From Utricularia gibba (taxonomy: Eukaryota > Plantae > Magnoliophyta), in the NCBI GenBank assembly GCA_002189035.1, contig NEEC01000009.1, positions 2,542,001 to 2,606,000 on the forward strand: a DNA stretch of 64,000 nt. Direction: 5' to 3'. The notes beneath the pieces were generated by a model. The model searched no databases and was not told where the DNA came from. It saw only the letters and a list, made by a program, of their open reading frames with translations. The stretch's first letter is position 1, and each line of letters starts with the position of its first letter. The translations under genes were made by a program, and so were the position numbers. Positions 9,426-21,452 of the stretch are shown here, piece by piece.

Positions 9426-12077
9426 TTACTCATCAAGTAGAGCAGCTGCAACTCCATCTGCTACCACTTCATGTTGTGAAGTTTGAGAAGATTCTGCAAC
9501 ATGCATTTCCTCATTGGTCTGTGGTGCTGGTTCAGATCCTGTCACCTGCAAAACACCTCTGGTTTCTGGTGTTGATTCAGGTGCAGCAGCCTGAAGTTTC
9601 TCTTCGGTATGTGGAGCAAATCGGGGTTCCACAAACTGCGATTCCCCAGAAATTTGTATGGTGGAGCCTAGCTGTTGGGATCCTTCGTTGGCTTCCACAA
9701 CTAATTCCGGCTCTGCAACCAGAAACTCCAGTGCTTGAGATTCTGTTTCTGCAAGAGGTTCAGCAACCACATCTACATCTCCTTGAGAATCTACACCTTT
9801 TCTTCTTCCATGATATTGAAGAATCTCCTTATAGGCTGCCTCAAGATTTTTCAACCTTGCATTACATAGATCAAGCTTCTCATAATAGGCAGTGAATGAC
9901 CTGAACCATTGCTCTTCAAAATCTTTAATCTTTTGCTGATTTATTAACAACTTGGCATTGAATTCTTCCTTCTGCTGCTTGCAAAGCCGTTCTATTTCAG
10001 CATCTGTCAGCATAAGCCCTCCGACGCCAGCATCTTTGTAAGTTGGCTCCTCAGGAAGCTGAACCCGCGCCCTATATTCTGCAAATGACTTTTCAGTTGC
10101 TCTTAGAGCAACCCTGTAACCGTCGAGGACTTTGCTCATCAAATATAGCTCCCGTTCAAGACGGTAGATATCCTCATTCTTTTTTTGTAAATCATCTTGT
10201 CTGGCCTTGTGCAAATGCTCTATAAGGGAATCTCGTTTCTGAACCTCAGATAACATGATTTCTTGACTCATGTTCATTTCAGCAACCGTCTGTTCCCTTT
10301 GACTATGAATCACCCTAGCTCTTCTACACACTTGCTCAATGGTATCTAAGCAGATTCCAATATCCGTAGGCTGATCATTCCAAGAATCCGTGATTCTTGG
10401 TCGTTTGTTGCTATCATTGATTACAAGATGTGGCATACGTTGATCATGCTCCATCACTCTCTTACTAGAGCTGCTAAAAAAGGGTGCATTAGAAGCAAAT
10501 GGCTGCATGCCAGCCCCAACACTCGTTGGGTTATGGAGTTGATCCTGTGAATCAGGGATGACTTGGCTTTCATCAAATCCTTGAAGTAAATTACCAGAAA
10601 ACTCCACACCTTCAAGAGCATCTTCAGGAAAATCATGAAACTTCTGCACTTCCTCTTCCCGATCTTCTTCCCCCTCAATTTCATCCTCTTGCATCTCATC
10701 AACGTCCTCTTCCACTTCTTCATCATCAATACTACCAAATCCCACCCCATTTGCTGCACTACAATGCTGCAGAAAATGCTGCCCCATGTTATTCTTCCCA
10801 TGCAAAAGCCACTGACAAGGTTCCACTTCTTCTTCTTCTTCTCCTTGTTCTTCTTCACCACCTCCTTCCTCATCCTCATGAATGCCCTTGGATGCCTCAG
10901 CATCTGCGACCTGTGAATCCTTGATATCTTCCTTCATATCTTGTCCTAACGTAAGTTCTGTGCTTGGTCCTGCCATAAAATGCCCGCCCTCATGATTTTC
11001 GACTGGACCATTGGCCATGTCATCCCTGACGCTCACTTGATCCACCTGGTCTTGTTTTTCTCCTTCTTCTGATTTTGATTCAAACTCCATTATCTCTACG
11101 ATGGGCCCTCCCATTAGGAGTATGTCCGGACGATGAGCTTTTATCAAATGCTGCAAATGTGCTGCGTAATAACAATCCTTCAGTTGAGCCCCCTGCTTCA
11201 ACTCCTTCTCAATCATGAACCAGAGTAATCCGGCCCAATCTACCTTCTCAGGGTGTCCACCATTTATCAGTTCCATCCACTCCTTCACTTCATTCGGCAT
11301 TATCCACGTATCCTCATGCAAAAGCATCCAATCTGAAAACAACGCCGAGATGAGAGCTAGAGAATCAGCAGATAGAACCTCATGAGCCACGTCTGAATCC
11401 TCCAAACCTACGTTTCCCTTCTCCTTCTTGAAAGGCAAACTAAAAGCACGAGCGAGATCAGCTCTATTCACCGGTATACGATAACCCCTGACGTAACTAG
11501 CGCGACTCTTTGGCTCGTAACCAGCGACCAACTGCGAAATCAAATCAACCCGTATGCTGGTATCAAAATCTATATGAACAAAATCCCACAAACCCAACTT
11601 CTTCAAAAGCGTTTCATGCTTCGAAAAATCAAGCATCTTGTTGGGTACAAAGGGAATCGGGTTCAATCCATCATTCAAAATTTGCAATTTTTCATTCATA
11701 GCGTGCAGCCTCTTAGGGTTAGCCATTCCCTTTCCTTTTCCCTTGCCCTTTCCCTTACCCTTCTTTCGCTTCACTGCCGACTTCCTTGGAAAATGTTGAT
11801 CTAAAGCCGAATTCATGATTGATTGTTCAGAGTTCAGAGACATACTCAGGGACATTGTCGAGGCTCCGAGTTCTTGGCCTTCTTCCGCGTCTTCCCCTTC
11901 TTCCTCCTCTTCCCCATCTTCGTCTATTGCGGTCTCCCCTTGATCGAGAGCAGGAAGATCAGGGATTTCAATGGGTTTCTTCTCGTATACGACATCGTGT
12001 TGACGGATTGTGGAGTGGGCTGTCTCCTCTTCTACGATGTCGCTTACATTAGGGCTCCCCGGCGGCGAGCTTGCCAT
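9426..12077 (-). CDS. Intronless 883-aa plant protein of unknown function: acidic disordered tracts, a conserved globular core and a C-terminal coiled coil (resembles the AT2G42370/AT3G58110 family)
   Basis: Uninterrupted ORF. First ATG is at 12077 (the track start 12170 is GTG). Poly-E tracts, KGKGKGKG basic patch, core LGLWDFVHIDFD...LARAFSLP...WMLLHEDTW, coiled coil LYRLERELYLMSKVLDGYR. Position next to a group-E bZIP matches the remembered Arabidopsis arrangement. A 5'UTR intron acceptor lies near 12182. Confidence 0.85.
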   Translation of the reverse strand: MASSPPGSPNVSDIVEEETAHSTIRQHDVVYEKKPIEIPDLPALDQGETAIDEDGEEEEEGEDAEEGQELGASTMSLSMSLNSEQSIMNSALDQHFPRKSAVKRKKGKGKGKGKGKGMANPKRLHAMNEKLQILNDGLNPIPFVPNKMLDFSKHETLLKKLGLWDFVHIDFDTSIRVDLISQLVAGYEPKSRASYVRGYRIPVNRADLARAFSLPFKKEKGNVGLEDSDVAHEVLSADSLALISALFSDWMLLHEDTWIMPNEVKEWMELINGGHPEKVDWAGLLWFMIEKELKQGAQLKDCYYAAHLQHLIKAHRPDILLMGGPIVEIMEFESKSEEGEKQDQVDQVSVRDDMANGPVENHEGGHFMAGPSTELTLGQDMKEDIKDSQVADAEASKGIHEDEEGGGEEEQGEEEEEVEPCQWLLHGKNNMGQHFLQHCSAANGVGFGSIDDEEVEEDVDEMQEDEIEGEEDREEEVQKFHDFPEDALEGVEFSGNLLQGFDESQVIPDSQDQLHNPTSVGAGMQPFASNAPFFSSSSKRVMEHDQRMPHLVINDSNKRPRITDSWNDQPTDIGICLDTIEQVCRRARVIHSQREQTVAEMNMSQEIMLSEVQKRDSLIEHLHKARQDDLQKKNEDIYRLERELYLMSKVLDGYRVALRATEKSFAEYRARVQLPEEPTYKDAGVGGLMLTDAEIERLCKQQKEEFNAKLLINQQKIKDFEEQWFRSFTAYYEKLDLCNARLKNLEAAYKEILQYHGRRKGVDSQGDVDVVAEPLAETESQALEFLVAEPELVVEANEGSQQLGSTIQISGESQFVEPRFAPHTEEKLQAAAPESTPETRGVLQVTGSEPAPQTNEEMHVAESSQTSQHEVVADGVAAALLDE

Positions 12078-13264
12078 GATTCGGTGCTCGGACGCTTTGC
12101 CCCTCCCTATCCCTTCTCCCGACGCCGCTTCGTCTTCTCTGTTTTGCCCAATTGAAAGCTTCACCTTCACGCTTTTCCTCTTTGAAAAAAAAAAAGAAAA
12201 ACAAATGAATATTTATTATGAGATTTCCGAAATATTATTTCTATGTTTTACTCCTGGTTCCCTCCACGTTATTCTGCTTTCAATTTCAATTTGGATTCCC
12301 CTCTTCTCCCTCCCAGATTTTCGTTGCCCTAATTCCCAAAATCGAACCCAATCTCCAAATCTTCAAGCCAAACTGCACTCCGTCATGCGAGATTCCCTTC
12401 TTGACGACTCCATGGAATCCAAGACGCGGCGCTGTCGTTCCGATTGCCAATCCGTGTTTCCTTTAAATGCCGCTTCGAGTTGTGGCAAAGGAAGGCTTGG
12501 AATCGAGATTATGCGCTCGGAGGAGATGGCCAAATCCGCCAGGAAGATGACGCGAAGGGATCGCGGATAGATAGATCGACCTATAGTAGCGTCGTTGCTC
12601 GACGTAACTCCTGGAGCCGAACTTGGATGTTCATCTTCTTGGAATGGATGATCGTCTTTGATCGATCTAGGATCAAAAGTGGGCCTTGATGCGCATTGGG
12701 CTGACGCATCGATGGGCCGGCTAACGGGTCGAAACTCGGGTCCACACCACTTCAATCATCTCAACTCTTTTCTGCCATCCATGGCGCCCCTTACCTTTTC
12801 TGCTCTTTGCTTTAGGAACAACAGGAGAAGAGGCGTGGGAGGAATGAAGATAAGCATGCACCCATCCATCCACGTACGTCTTCACCAACAGGCAATGAAA
12901 GCATTGCTTTCTACAAACAGGAGTAGGGATTTCCGGCTGGGTCTGATCTTGTTGGCATTATTCGGGATCGAGTTCGTCGCCATTCTTGACCTGCGGACAA
13001 CGAAACAGGACGCGTAACCCATGGTACGCCTAATCTCTTTATCCCTCGCTTTCCCCACCTACCATCTCCACCCCACCCCCTTTGCAGATTGGAAACCGAA
13101 GGTTGACTCTAGGCAATGTCATTCACCACAGTGAAAGTTATGACACCTACAGAGTCGGATCAGAACAAAGACAGGCACTTTGACCCTCCGCTGAAGCGAG
13201 TTTTGCTGACTATAAATGCGGCATACTACACACACATTCATAATCCATGCAGACGCCTTACCCC

Positions 13265-13516
13265 ATGGCGTCTTCTTCTTCACCGTTTCTCGCGGCGCTC
13301 CTCCTGATCTCTCTGGTATTCTTTTCATCAATGGAGGCGCGTGCGCTCCCACCGCCGCCTCCGGACACCAACTACCGCCATTTTCCAAAGACGTCAGGGT
13401 TCAATACAGATCAATTCCGTCAATTCATGCGGAAAGCATTCGAAGAAAGCAGCAACGATAGGGTCGCGCCTGGTGGCCCGGATCCTCAGCATCATTCTCT
13501 GCCCAAGTTTGGGTGA
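13265..13516 (+). CDS. CLE: CLE secreted peptide precursor (CLE1-7 type)
   Basis: TATAAAT at 13211. Signal peptide MASSSSPFLAALLLISLVFFSSMEAR. CLE dodecapeptide RVAPGGPDPQHH. An in-frame upstream ATG at 13247 is also possible. Confidence 0.92.
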   Translation: MASSSSPFLAALLLISLVFFSSMEARALPPPPPDTNYRHFPKTSGFNTDQFRQFMRKAFEESSNDRVAPGGPDPQHHSLPKFG

Positions 13517-14627
13517 ACCAAAGAAACCCATGTATATGTGGAGCGAATGCATTCTTACCAAAGACAGATACATGTGAAATGTACTCTTTTGATCACATGA
13601 AGGAGCAAATCAACTGAATCTTAGTTATCCCACGACAAATTCAATTCTTCTTATGGGGTGTGTCTGATCAAACTCGTCATAAAAAACAACGAAAACTATT
13701 GCTGGTGGCTGTATTGCATGCTCGTAACTTTGTAGTAAACCAGCTATTAAACTTCAGATGAGGTGTGCGTCTTGGACATAACTTTCCGCCCACCATGGAG
13801 ATTCTTTCCTGCCGGAGAGGTGCTATTTTTTCAATGTTAGGGTAATATTTCAACAATCAAGATTCTTCAACAGTTGTCCACACAAAGACAGAGTGGATGG
13901 ATAGCAAATCATTCATGTAATGTAAAATTTCGTAAAAACAGCATAAAAAATCGTTCAAGAACCGATTTTTACCACAAAAACCAAAGATAAAAAACCGTGG
14001 GGGTCATCCTCGTAGATGTAAAGATTCCAAAGGGTGAGTAGAATCCACGTAGAAAACAGGGCTTATCATAAAACTACTAAAAGGAAAGACAGCCAGATAA
14101 ATACCACTTTTCAAAGGTGTTGCTCCCGTTCCAATCTCCTCATATCTTATCTTCCGGGGCGCACTCGCGCTGCCACCATTGCCAAGGATCGGGCTAATGC
14201 CGGTGCGTCGCGTCCATTCCTTTCAAATCCGGCACCAAACCCAGCAAATTGGTTCCTCCAAATGGCGAGAATGGGAGTAGGATAAGAAAGGGGAAGATCA
14301 CATGGTGATCAAGAGTCTCCTTGAAGAATTTTGATATACCCATTCATATTTGTTTCATCTAATATCACCTATTAAATTTGATCAAAATCGTTCATTAAGA
14401 ACTTAGGTTGCGATTATAATACATTGATATGATTTTTTAAAGCATTAATCCCACATCGAAATTCAACATAAATGTGATTGATTGTATTCATAAAATGATA
14501 ATCTTTGTTGTTTTCTTTCTCAGGGTCCCATGCGACAAGCTGATTCCCTGATGAATCTGAACCCACGTTCTCGAATCCAACGAAAGTGAAGCACAAGTAT
14601 CGGAAAAAGGAGATGGAGCCTCCCCTT

Positions 14628-16397
14628 TCAGTTGAAGAGCCAGGTGTAGAGAAGCAAATTCCAGGTATCCGGCAGGCCGGGGAGGCACCAGTGGCTGCAG
14701 TCCATCAACCCCGCCCGCTGGCTATACGACGTCGGGTGCGCGTCTTTCCGATACTGCGACAGAAGGGTGATGTCCAGCAAGTGCACCGGCGTCCTCACCC
14801 TGCTGAGCACCTTGTTCACCACCACCGCCGCCTCCACCACCCCCGCCGGATAGTTCACCCCCGTGTACGGCATCGTCTCGCCCTTGCACGTCCTCCCCGG
14901 CTGCCCCCAGTCCTGCCCTCTGTCCATCGGAATTTCACACACCTTAGAACTAAAACTCAACCACATAACTACACTTCGTTAAAAAAAAAAAAAAAAGCAT
15001 TACAGATAGTGCGTGGGAGAAATTCCTTGGAAAAAGACGGTGGTTCTGGAAGAGTCCACGTTACGGTCGACCCATCGGGCCCAAGTGGTGAGCCCCTTGT
15101 AGAAGGCGACGAGTCTGTTCATGTCCCTGTAGAGCTTACCGCCATCTTCAATGTAATCCCACCTGCAAGTAAAAACCGCCCTTTTCCTCTCAGATACAGA
15201 AGGAATTTCGAAACACGACGGATCAGAAAACTCAACGGCTGAGAGCTGCCGGTGTGGGTCCACCAATGCCACGTGTTGAAAATCAATACGTCCATTCCCC
15301 TCCACGCGTCCCCATTCCGTATCGAATCCAATCTCAAGACCCGACCCACATTCCATGTCTCCACGTCCACTAGGAATGTTGTCCGATACAGCAGCACCTT
15401 CACTCCATAATCCTGCCCAAACAGTTACAAAATTTATATATAATTAATTATGACGCAGGCATACGAATAATGTCGTCAAAATAAAAATAAAATTAAAAAT
15501 TAAAAAGACCAGGCACATGCATGCACCATACCATCCAAAAATGACCACCTGCTCCATCCCTAAAAATTTCATGTGACCGATTAAAAAAATCGAGATATTG
15601 GTCATTTTTCAACAAGTGGCATGTGAGTTACATTAATAATAATAATAATAATAATACTAATAAAATGTGATTTTCTTTTTGGATTATATGTTTTTTTAAT
15701 TGGGAAATGCTGCTTTCACGTAACCACTGCCTTTTGAATTGTAGTTGCTAGAGCAATAATAGTTCGAAAAATAGACGATTTATATGAATTTATTATGAAA
15801 AAAAAAACAAAAAATTACCAAGAATGTTAGCTGAGCGAAACCATCCTGTCTTCCGACCAACGAGGTTCTGACCGCCGGCGCCGTCGAATGGATCATGCAT
15901 ATCAACGATTGCCACATGTTCTGGCTGAGGGAGTCGCCGACGAACATGATCTGCTTCCCTCTGAACCTTTCGAGAAAACGCACGCCGTCGAACCTGAAAA
16001 GCTCAAGGATTGAATTCGCTTCGGAGACTGTTCATCGACATGTCACATGATGATTTATACAGGATGTGGTTTACTGTGTGCCTCTAAATTTCTGAAAGGG
16101 CAAAAACACGGATGGGTACCTTGGGAGGTTGCATGAGAATGGCTGCCACCGGTATTTGAGGTACAAATGATCGGGGCGGTGGAACTTGAGGCAGTCGAAT
16201 CCATCGTCGATGAAGGGACAGCTCGAGAAATCGTAGAGCGGGTAGCTGGGATCGTAGACCCACGTCCCCCTGAACAGGTTGCACCCGGCGGCGGCGGCGG
16301 CGGAGACGGCGGTGAGATTGGGCGGCGCCGCCGCAGAGGACTGCAGGGAAAGCAGGAAGAGAGCTGAGACGAAAAGGGATTCCACTAGGAACCCCAT
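14628..16397 (-). CDS. TBL: TRICHOME BIREFRINGENCE-LIKE (PMR5/TBL) polysaccharide O-acetyltransferase
   Basis: Exons 16397-16120, 15993-15819, 15412-15237, 15162-15004, 14942-14628. Motifs [18 protein letters not shown] (GDS), [38 protein letters not shown] (DxxH). Confidence 0.93.
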
Positions 16398-17426
16398 TAG
16401 TTTCTGCGAGATCGTTAGTGGGTTACAGCCATATGAAAAGCCGCCAGATAAAACAGTGTCCTGTGAAGGATTCCTTCTTCTACTTTCCTTCTTCTACTTT
16501 CCTTCTTCCCCCCTTTTTTTTCAATTAAAATAAAACTCATAATTATAACGTTTGGTAAAACTTTATTATAATATATGTTATATATTAAAATGAAGCCCCA
16601 GTTTTAATATATTAAATTACAATAAAATATTGTGTTTTTTTTTTTGCAAATGGATTAATTTAGATCCTGCCCTAATTGACTAAACAAATCAAGTTATTAA
16701 AATTGTGGGCATGAAAACTAAGCCTCTATTATTATCCACTAACCGCTTTGAGAACGACCTACACTATAAAAAACGAATCAAATTGATTAATCGATATTTA
16801 AAATTCGTGATCGAATGAGTTATGTTATTTTTAGAATTAACGATAAACAATTTACCATGAATCAGATTAACGAAATTAATCGATCAGATTTTCATAATTA
16901 ATCCCTATGGGGTTAAAGATCAATTTGGAAATATCCATTTTCAAGTCCTAACGCGACCTTGCAGCGTGTTATTCTTTTTTTGGGACTCTTTAGGCATGCT
17001 GTTCAATAAGGTATAGAAGGTTCTGGACATGGGCTCGACCAGCCCAATAAGATATATTTTGTATGTTTTCTGTTTTAAAGTGATTTTAATAATATTTAGA
17101 TTTTAGTAAAAAAATGTATTGATTTTATTTAAATATAATGTATCATAGTCAAATCATAGTTCTTGCCAATGGTGGGATAGTATGATACTGAGTTTAAGAT
17201 AATGAGAATGTAAGATCAAAGACCTATAAATATGAAGATTTAATAATCTAGGATGAGTTTTTTTTCCATAAAGATAAACATAAAACTACGAGAATTAAAT
17301 ATTTGAAATAGATAATATCATGCAATAAAGCAATGAATTGTGACATAATACGTTATTTTAGTAAAAAAAAAGTATATTTTGATATATGATAATGATTTAT
17401 TTATTTAAAGAAATACAGTGTTCCCG

Positions 17427-18094
17427 TTACACGAACATACCTATGAACTTGTGTGCGCACATGTCCCCCACACGTCTCCTCTTCCCGGCGGCCGCCCTTC
17501 GTGACATCAATTCCTCAGATGCATGAACTTTATCAAGCACAGACTGCAGAGCTTTCCGTAAGCAATCCACGTGGCGGTCAACGGTTTTGGCATCCTTCAA
17601 GCCGGAGATCAGGAAGGCGTTCACCATTCGATCCCCTAGGGTGGCTATCTCTGCTCGCTCCACCTCCAGGTGCAGGGACTGAATGGCCTCTCTCACGTCT
17701 CTCAGGAGCTGGGGGTTGAAATCGCAGCACAGGGAAGCCCTGATCGAAAAGCAGGCGCCCTCCCGGTGCTGTTCGATTAGGACTTGGTCTGCATCGGACG
17801 GCAGCAGCTCGCCGGATGCAGCTTCTGCAGCTCTTTGCTGCAGTTCTTTCACCTTGTGGATTACTTGGGCTAGAACTTCTGATTTATCCATCTGTTTGTT
17901 GAACGATCATTGTATCTTCGAGTGTTAATGATCAAGAAAAAGAGGTTAGTGATGATGATGGATACCTTCTTGGTTCCGGGGATGAAGGTTCTGAGAGTGG
18001 CTAAGTGGCGGTTGATCCGCTCCCTCCGCCGGCGCTCAGCTTCGCTGTGATTCCTCAGAGCCACCAAAGACTTGTCCGTCCTCGCCGCCGCCAT
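17427..18094 (-). CDS. bHLH transcription factor with ACT-like C-terminus (bHLH30/32/51/106-type)
   Basis: Exons 18094-17966 and 17891-17427. NHSEAERRRRERINRHLATLR..KKMDKSEVLAQVIHKVKEL, IRASLCCD, AEIATLGDR, C-terminal KRRR. The start codon is uncertain because the track start is TTG. Confidence 0.88.
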
Positions 18095-18732
18095 GTTCGT
18101 GCATCGCTTCCTCGGGGATCCGATGAAAAGCAATCGGCGCAGCAACCTCCCCACCGCCGTCGCGTACAAACATATGTAGTAAGTACAGCTTTGACATTTG
18201 CTCTGTTATGTACATTATCCGTACACTAATTGGGAGTTGTTGAATTTAATAACTTTTTAGGCATATTTTTTCTACATAAACCCTGTCTTTTTAATTGAAT
18301 AAAAAATGAGTTTTTCCCATGAAAAAAAATGTTTCATTTTTCTAGAAAATATATAAAAATAATTAATTAATATTATGTCGCCTGAAAACAGAAACCGGCT
18401 CATGGTTTTTAAATAACGAACGGTTGAGATTAGTGAGATTAGTTGAATTAAAGTCAACCATTTGCCACAAAATGGCACGTGGTTCCACGTCATCTTAACT
18501 CCGTAAAAAAATATTAAATTAGATACAACTGAATTAGCTTGAAATTTCCATTTTTGTTTTGAGACTTTTAAAATCAAGTCAAATATTATAAAAATAAAAA
18601 ATATATTTATTTAAATTTAATTTTTATAAAAATTACAATATAAAATTTAGAAAATCATGTATTTTAAGAGGATTCTGAATATCTTATTGGGAGATGTTCA
18701 GCATTAAAAAGGGTGAGGAACTTGGGGCGTGG

Positions 18733-20345
18733 TTAGGCATGGGGTGAGCGATCAGGTGCCCTGTTGGAAGCACGGTTGGTCTTGACTAGTGGGGCGAGGG
18801 ACTGGACAATGTCGGCCATCAGGGGCCGGTAATCGGCGTCTGGTTGGACGGAAGCGGCGGCAATGGCGGCAACTTGGATGACATCTTTCAGTGAATACTG
18901 GCCTTCCAGAGCAGGATCCATTACCTCGCAGACCCTTTCTCTGTCTGTTAGCATGGGCAGCGCCTGTTACACACAAGTGCATATGAATGAGTCCATCTTC
19001 TCTTTGGAGAACAGAAGAATGTGGTCAGTGGGTTGATGGTTTACCCAAGAAACAAGCACGCCTTCACCGGTGGGTCTCTTCATGTCGACCGGAACTCGTC
19101 CGGTGAGCAGCTCCAAGAGCACGACGCCGTAGCTGTACACGTCTGATTTCGGGGTAAGATGTCCTGTAGAAGCGTATCTACAACAGAAAGAGAGTGAAAA
19201 ACAGCTTGATCACAGCGCTATGAGGAAGCATGGGTTCATTACTCGGGTGCTACATAGCCCTGTGTCCCCAACACTCGTGTTGAAACATGGCCGCCGGCCT
19301 TCTCTGATCCATGCTTGGCCAAGCCAAAATCAGAGACTTTGGCATGGAAGTTGCCGTCAAGAAGAATATTGCTGCTTTTGAAGTCCCTGTGGATCACAGG
19401 TGGAGTGATGTGCTCGTGAAGGTACTCTAAAGCTTTTGCTGATTCAAAGGCGATTCTCAGACGAGTTTCCCAGTTTAAAACAGAAGGAGCAGGGCCATTA
19501 CCTGAATAGTGAAAACAGTTCATAGGTGTTAACAAAAGAAAGTGATTATTGATGCCCGAAAGGGTGAATTACGTACCATTCATTGGATACAGATGTTCTT
19601 GAAGTCCACCATTAGCCATGAACTCATAAACCAGCAGCCTACGGTTGCTCTCAGAGCAGTATCCGATCAGCGAGAGCAAATACGGCGAACATAGTCGGCC
19701 CAACAATTCGATCTATAAATTCGATTTCGAGAATAACAGCACAACAAGCACAGTGGGAAAGAAAAAAAAATTGATTTTGAGCAGAAATGGTAATAAACCT
19801 CTGCTCTGAACTCGTCCTCCCCCTGCTTCCCACCTTGATCCATAAGCTTAATTGCAACTTTCCTTCCATTTTGGAGTACACCTTTGTACACAGAGCCAAA
19901 TGCACCATGCCCAATTACATTAGACTTCCCAAATCCACCGCTTGCTGAATACAGTTGTTTAAAGCTGAAAACTTGGAGTTTTTTCTCGGCATCAATTTTC
20001 AATTCGCCAGCACAGTTAGCTTTCTCCTCATCTCCAACACCTGATAAACACACATACGCGAAAACCCATAAAGGAATGCAAAGCGTTTTTTTTTCCCAAC
20101 AAGATTCCACTTTAACCCACAAAAGCATCACGACTGTGGACATAAAAAAGACGCTGCACTTTGAAAAAGCGGTACAAAAACTTCAAGTACTCACTTGTTC
20201 GCAGGGGCTTGCAGCGTTTGGAGAGTTTACACCTGAGATACAGATAGTACGCGAAGGCCACGAGAACTGAAACAACAGCAGCGGATGCAAACAACAGAAT
20301 TGTGGCCAATGCAATGTTATCCTTCATCCTATAGTCTGATCCCAT
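18733..20345 (-). CDS. Membrane-anchored receptor-like Ser/Thr kinase with almost no ectodomain (annotated elsewhere as PBL7-like)
   Basis: Six exons. N-terminal TM segment. [70 protein letters not shown]. Confidence 0.92.
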
Positions 20346-20864
20346 TTCCAGATCTCTCGAACAAGAGCAAGAAGTAAGAAATTTGCGTCTGGGAAGTTTG
20401 AAATGAGGGAAACATGTACGAATATAATTAACATGATCTGCTGCTCCATTTCACTCAAATTTCTGTGACTCGCCAAAGACTTTTTCAAACTTTTGTGTCA
20501 GGCTCAGGCTTTGTGTTTGTCTTGTTCTGCGGTGCAGCGCGAATTCCAAGAAACCGATTTTCCCATATTCGCACTATAGTCCCTCTACTTTCCAAAATGC
20601 ATCAATCTCACCCTTCTAGAGTCCGCTTGATGGGCACCGGGCCGGGCCGGCTCTCGCGGAGATGAGCCTAACGAGAGACCGTGAAACAAAGAACCCGGCC
20701 CAGCCCATTAATTACTCAAAATAATAATTTTTACAAATTTTTAATTATTTGCTATAATAAAATATAAATTAGATCTTTATGTTTTTTTTTAAATTTTTTA
20801 AATAAAATTCAATGGCATTTAATAATAAATTTTATTTTTTAATTAAGGTCATATATTATTTTAA

Positions 20865-21178
20865 TAAAAATATCTTTGATTATGCTGATCACAATTCTAG
20901 CTTCCCAAAGTAGCCTTGATTATTTGGTTCATGGTACGGAATCTAAACAAAAATGGCATTAGGAAAATAAAAACAAATTAATTACGAAACTAATACGAGG
21001 GCAAATGAGTAAAATTATTTTAATAAGAACATCTTTAGTTATGCTGATCACAATCCAACTTCCCAAAGTGGCCTTGATTTTTTTTGGTTCATGGTACGGA
21101 ATATAAAAAAAATGGCATTAGGAATATAAGAGCAATTAAGAATTTAATTAGGAAACTAATCCGAGGGCAAAAGAGTAA
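20865..21178. repeat. Imperfect two-copy tandem duplication, unit about 160-166 bp
   Basis: TTATGCTGATCACAAT at 20880 and 21039. TTGGTTCATGGTACGGAAT and AAATGGCATTAGGAA occur in both copies. GAGGGCAAA.GAGTAA at 20997 and 21163. Confidence 0.9.
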
Positions 21179-21452
21179 TTAAACTCAAATTAATTGGGAG
21201 ACATTGTTATTGAATTGCGAACTCTACTTACTGAATAAATTACATAATTCCACGGCCATCTGTCAACGTGGCCTCCCTCCCTACTCTTAATTATTACATT
21301 TCAATTCATAAGTTATTTAAAATTGCATTTTCTACCATCTTCTTCCTCACTCCACACCCCAAATATCTCGCGTCGCCGCCGACGAAACCCATCCTTTTCT
21401 ATGTTGTTTTTATATCGGTTTCTTCATTTTGTGGGCTTTGAGGTTTAGCGAA

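Noticed and set aside
12010-13017. ORFs 12010-12570, 12363-12755 and 12658-13017, and a possible plus-strand intron 13024-13087
   Set aside because: They overlap the leader, intron and promoter of the 883-aa gene, have no recognisable domain and give no coherent spliced ORF.
14120-14295. miR482/2118-like sequence (minus TTTCTTATCCTACTCCCATTCT) with nearby complementary patches
   Set aside because: The complementary patches are not nested, so no pre-miRNA hairpin forms, and the sequence lacks 3 nt of the family consensus.
14448-14458. Exact snRNA upstream sequence element ATCCCACATCG
   Set aside because: No proper TATA at the Pol II or Pol III spacing, and the downstream sequence matches no U1-U6, U3, 7SL, MRP or minor snRNA 5' end I know. 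It lies in the TBL 3' region, so it is probably chance.
17160-17230. tRNA/SINE-like A-box and B-box resemblance (also ~34260-34300 on the minus strand)
   Set aside because: Too degenerate, wrong spacing, no cloverleaf and no TSD or tail.
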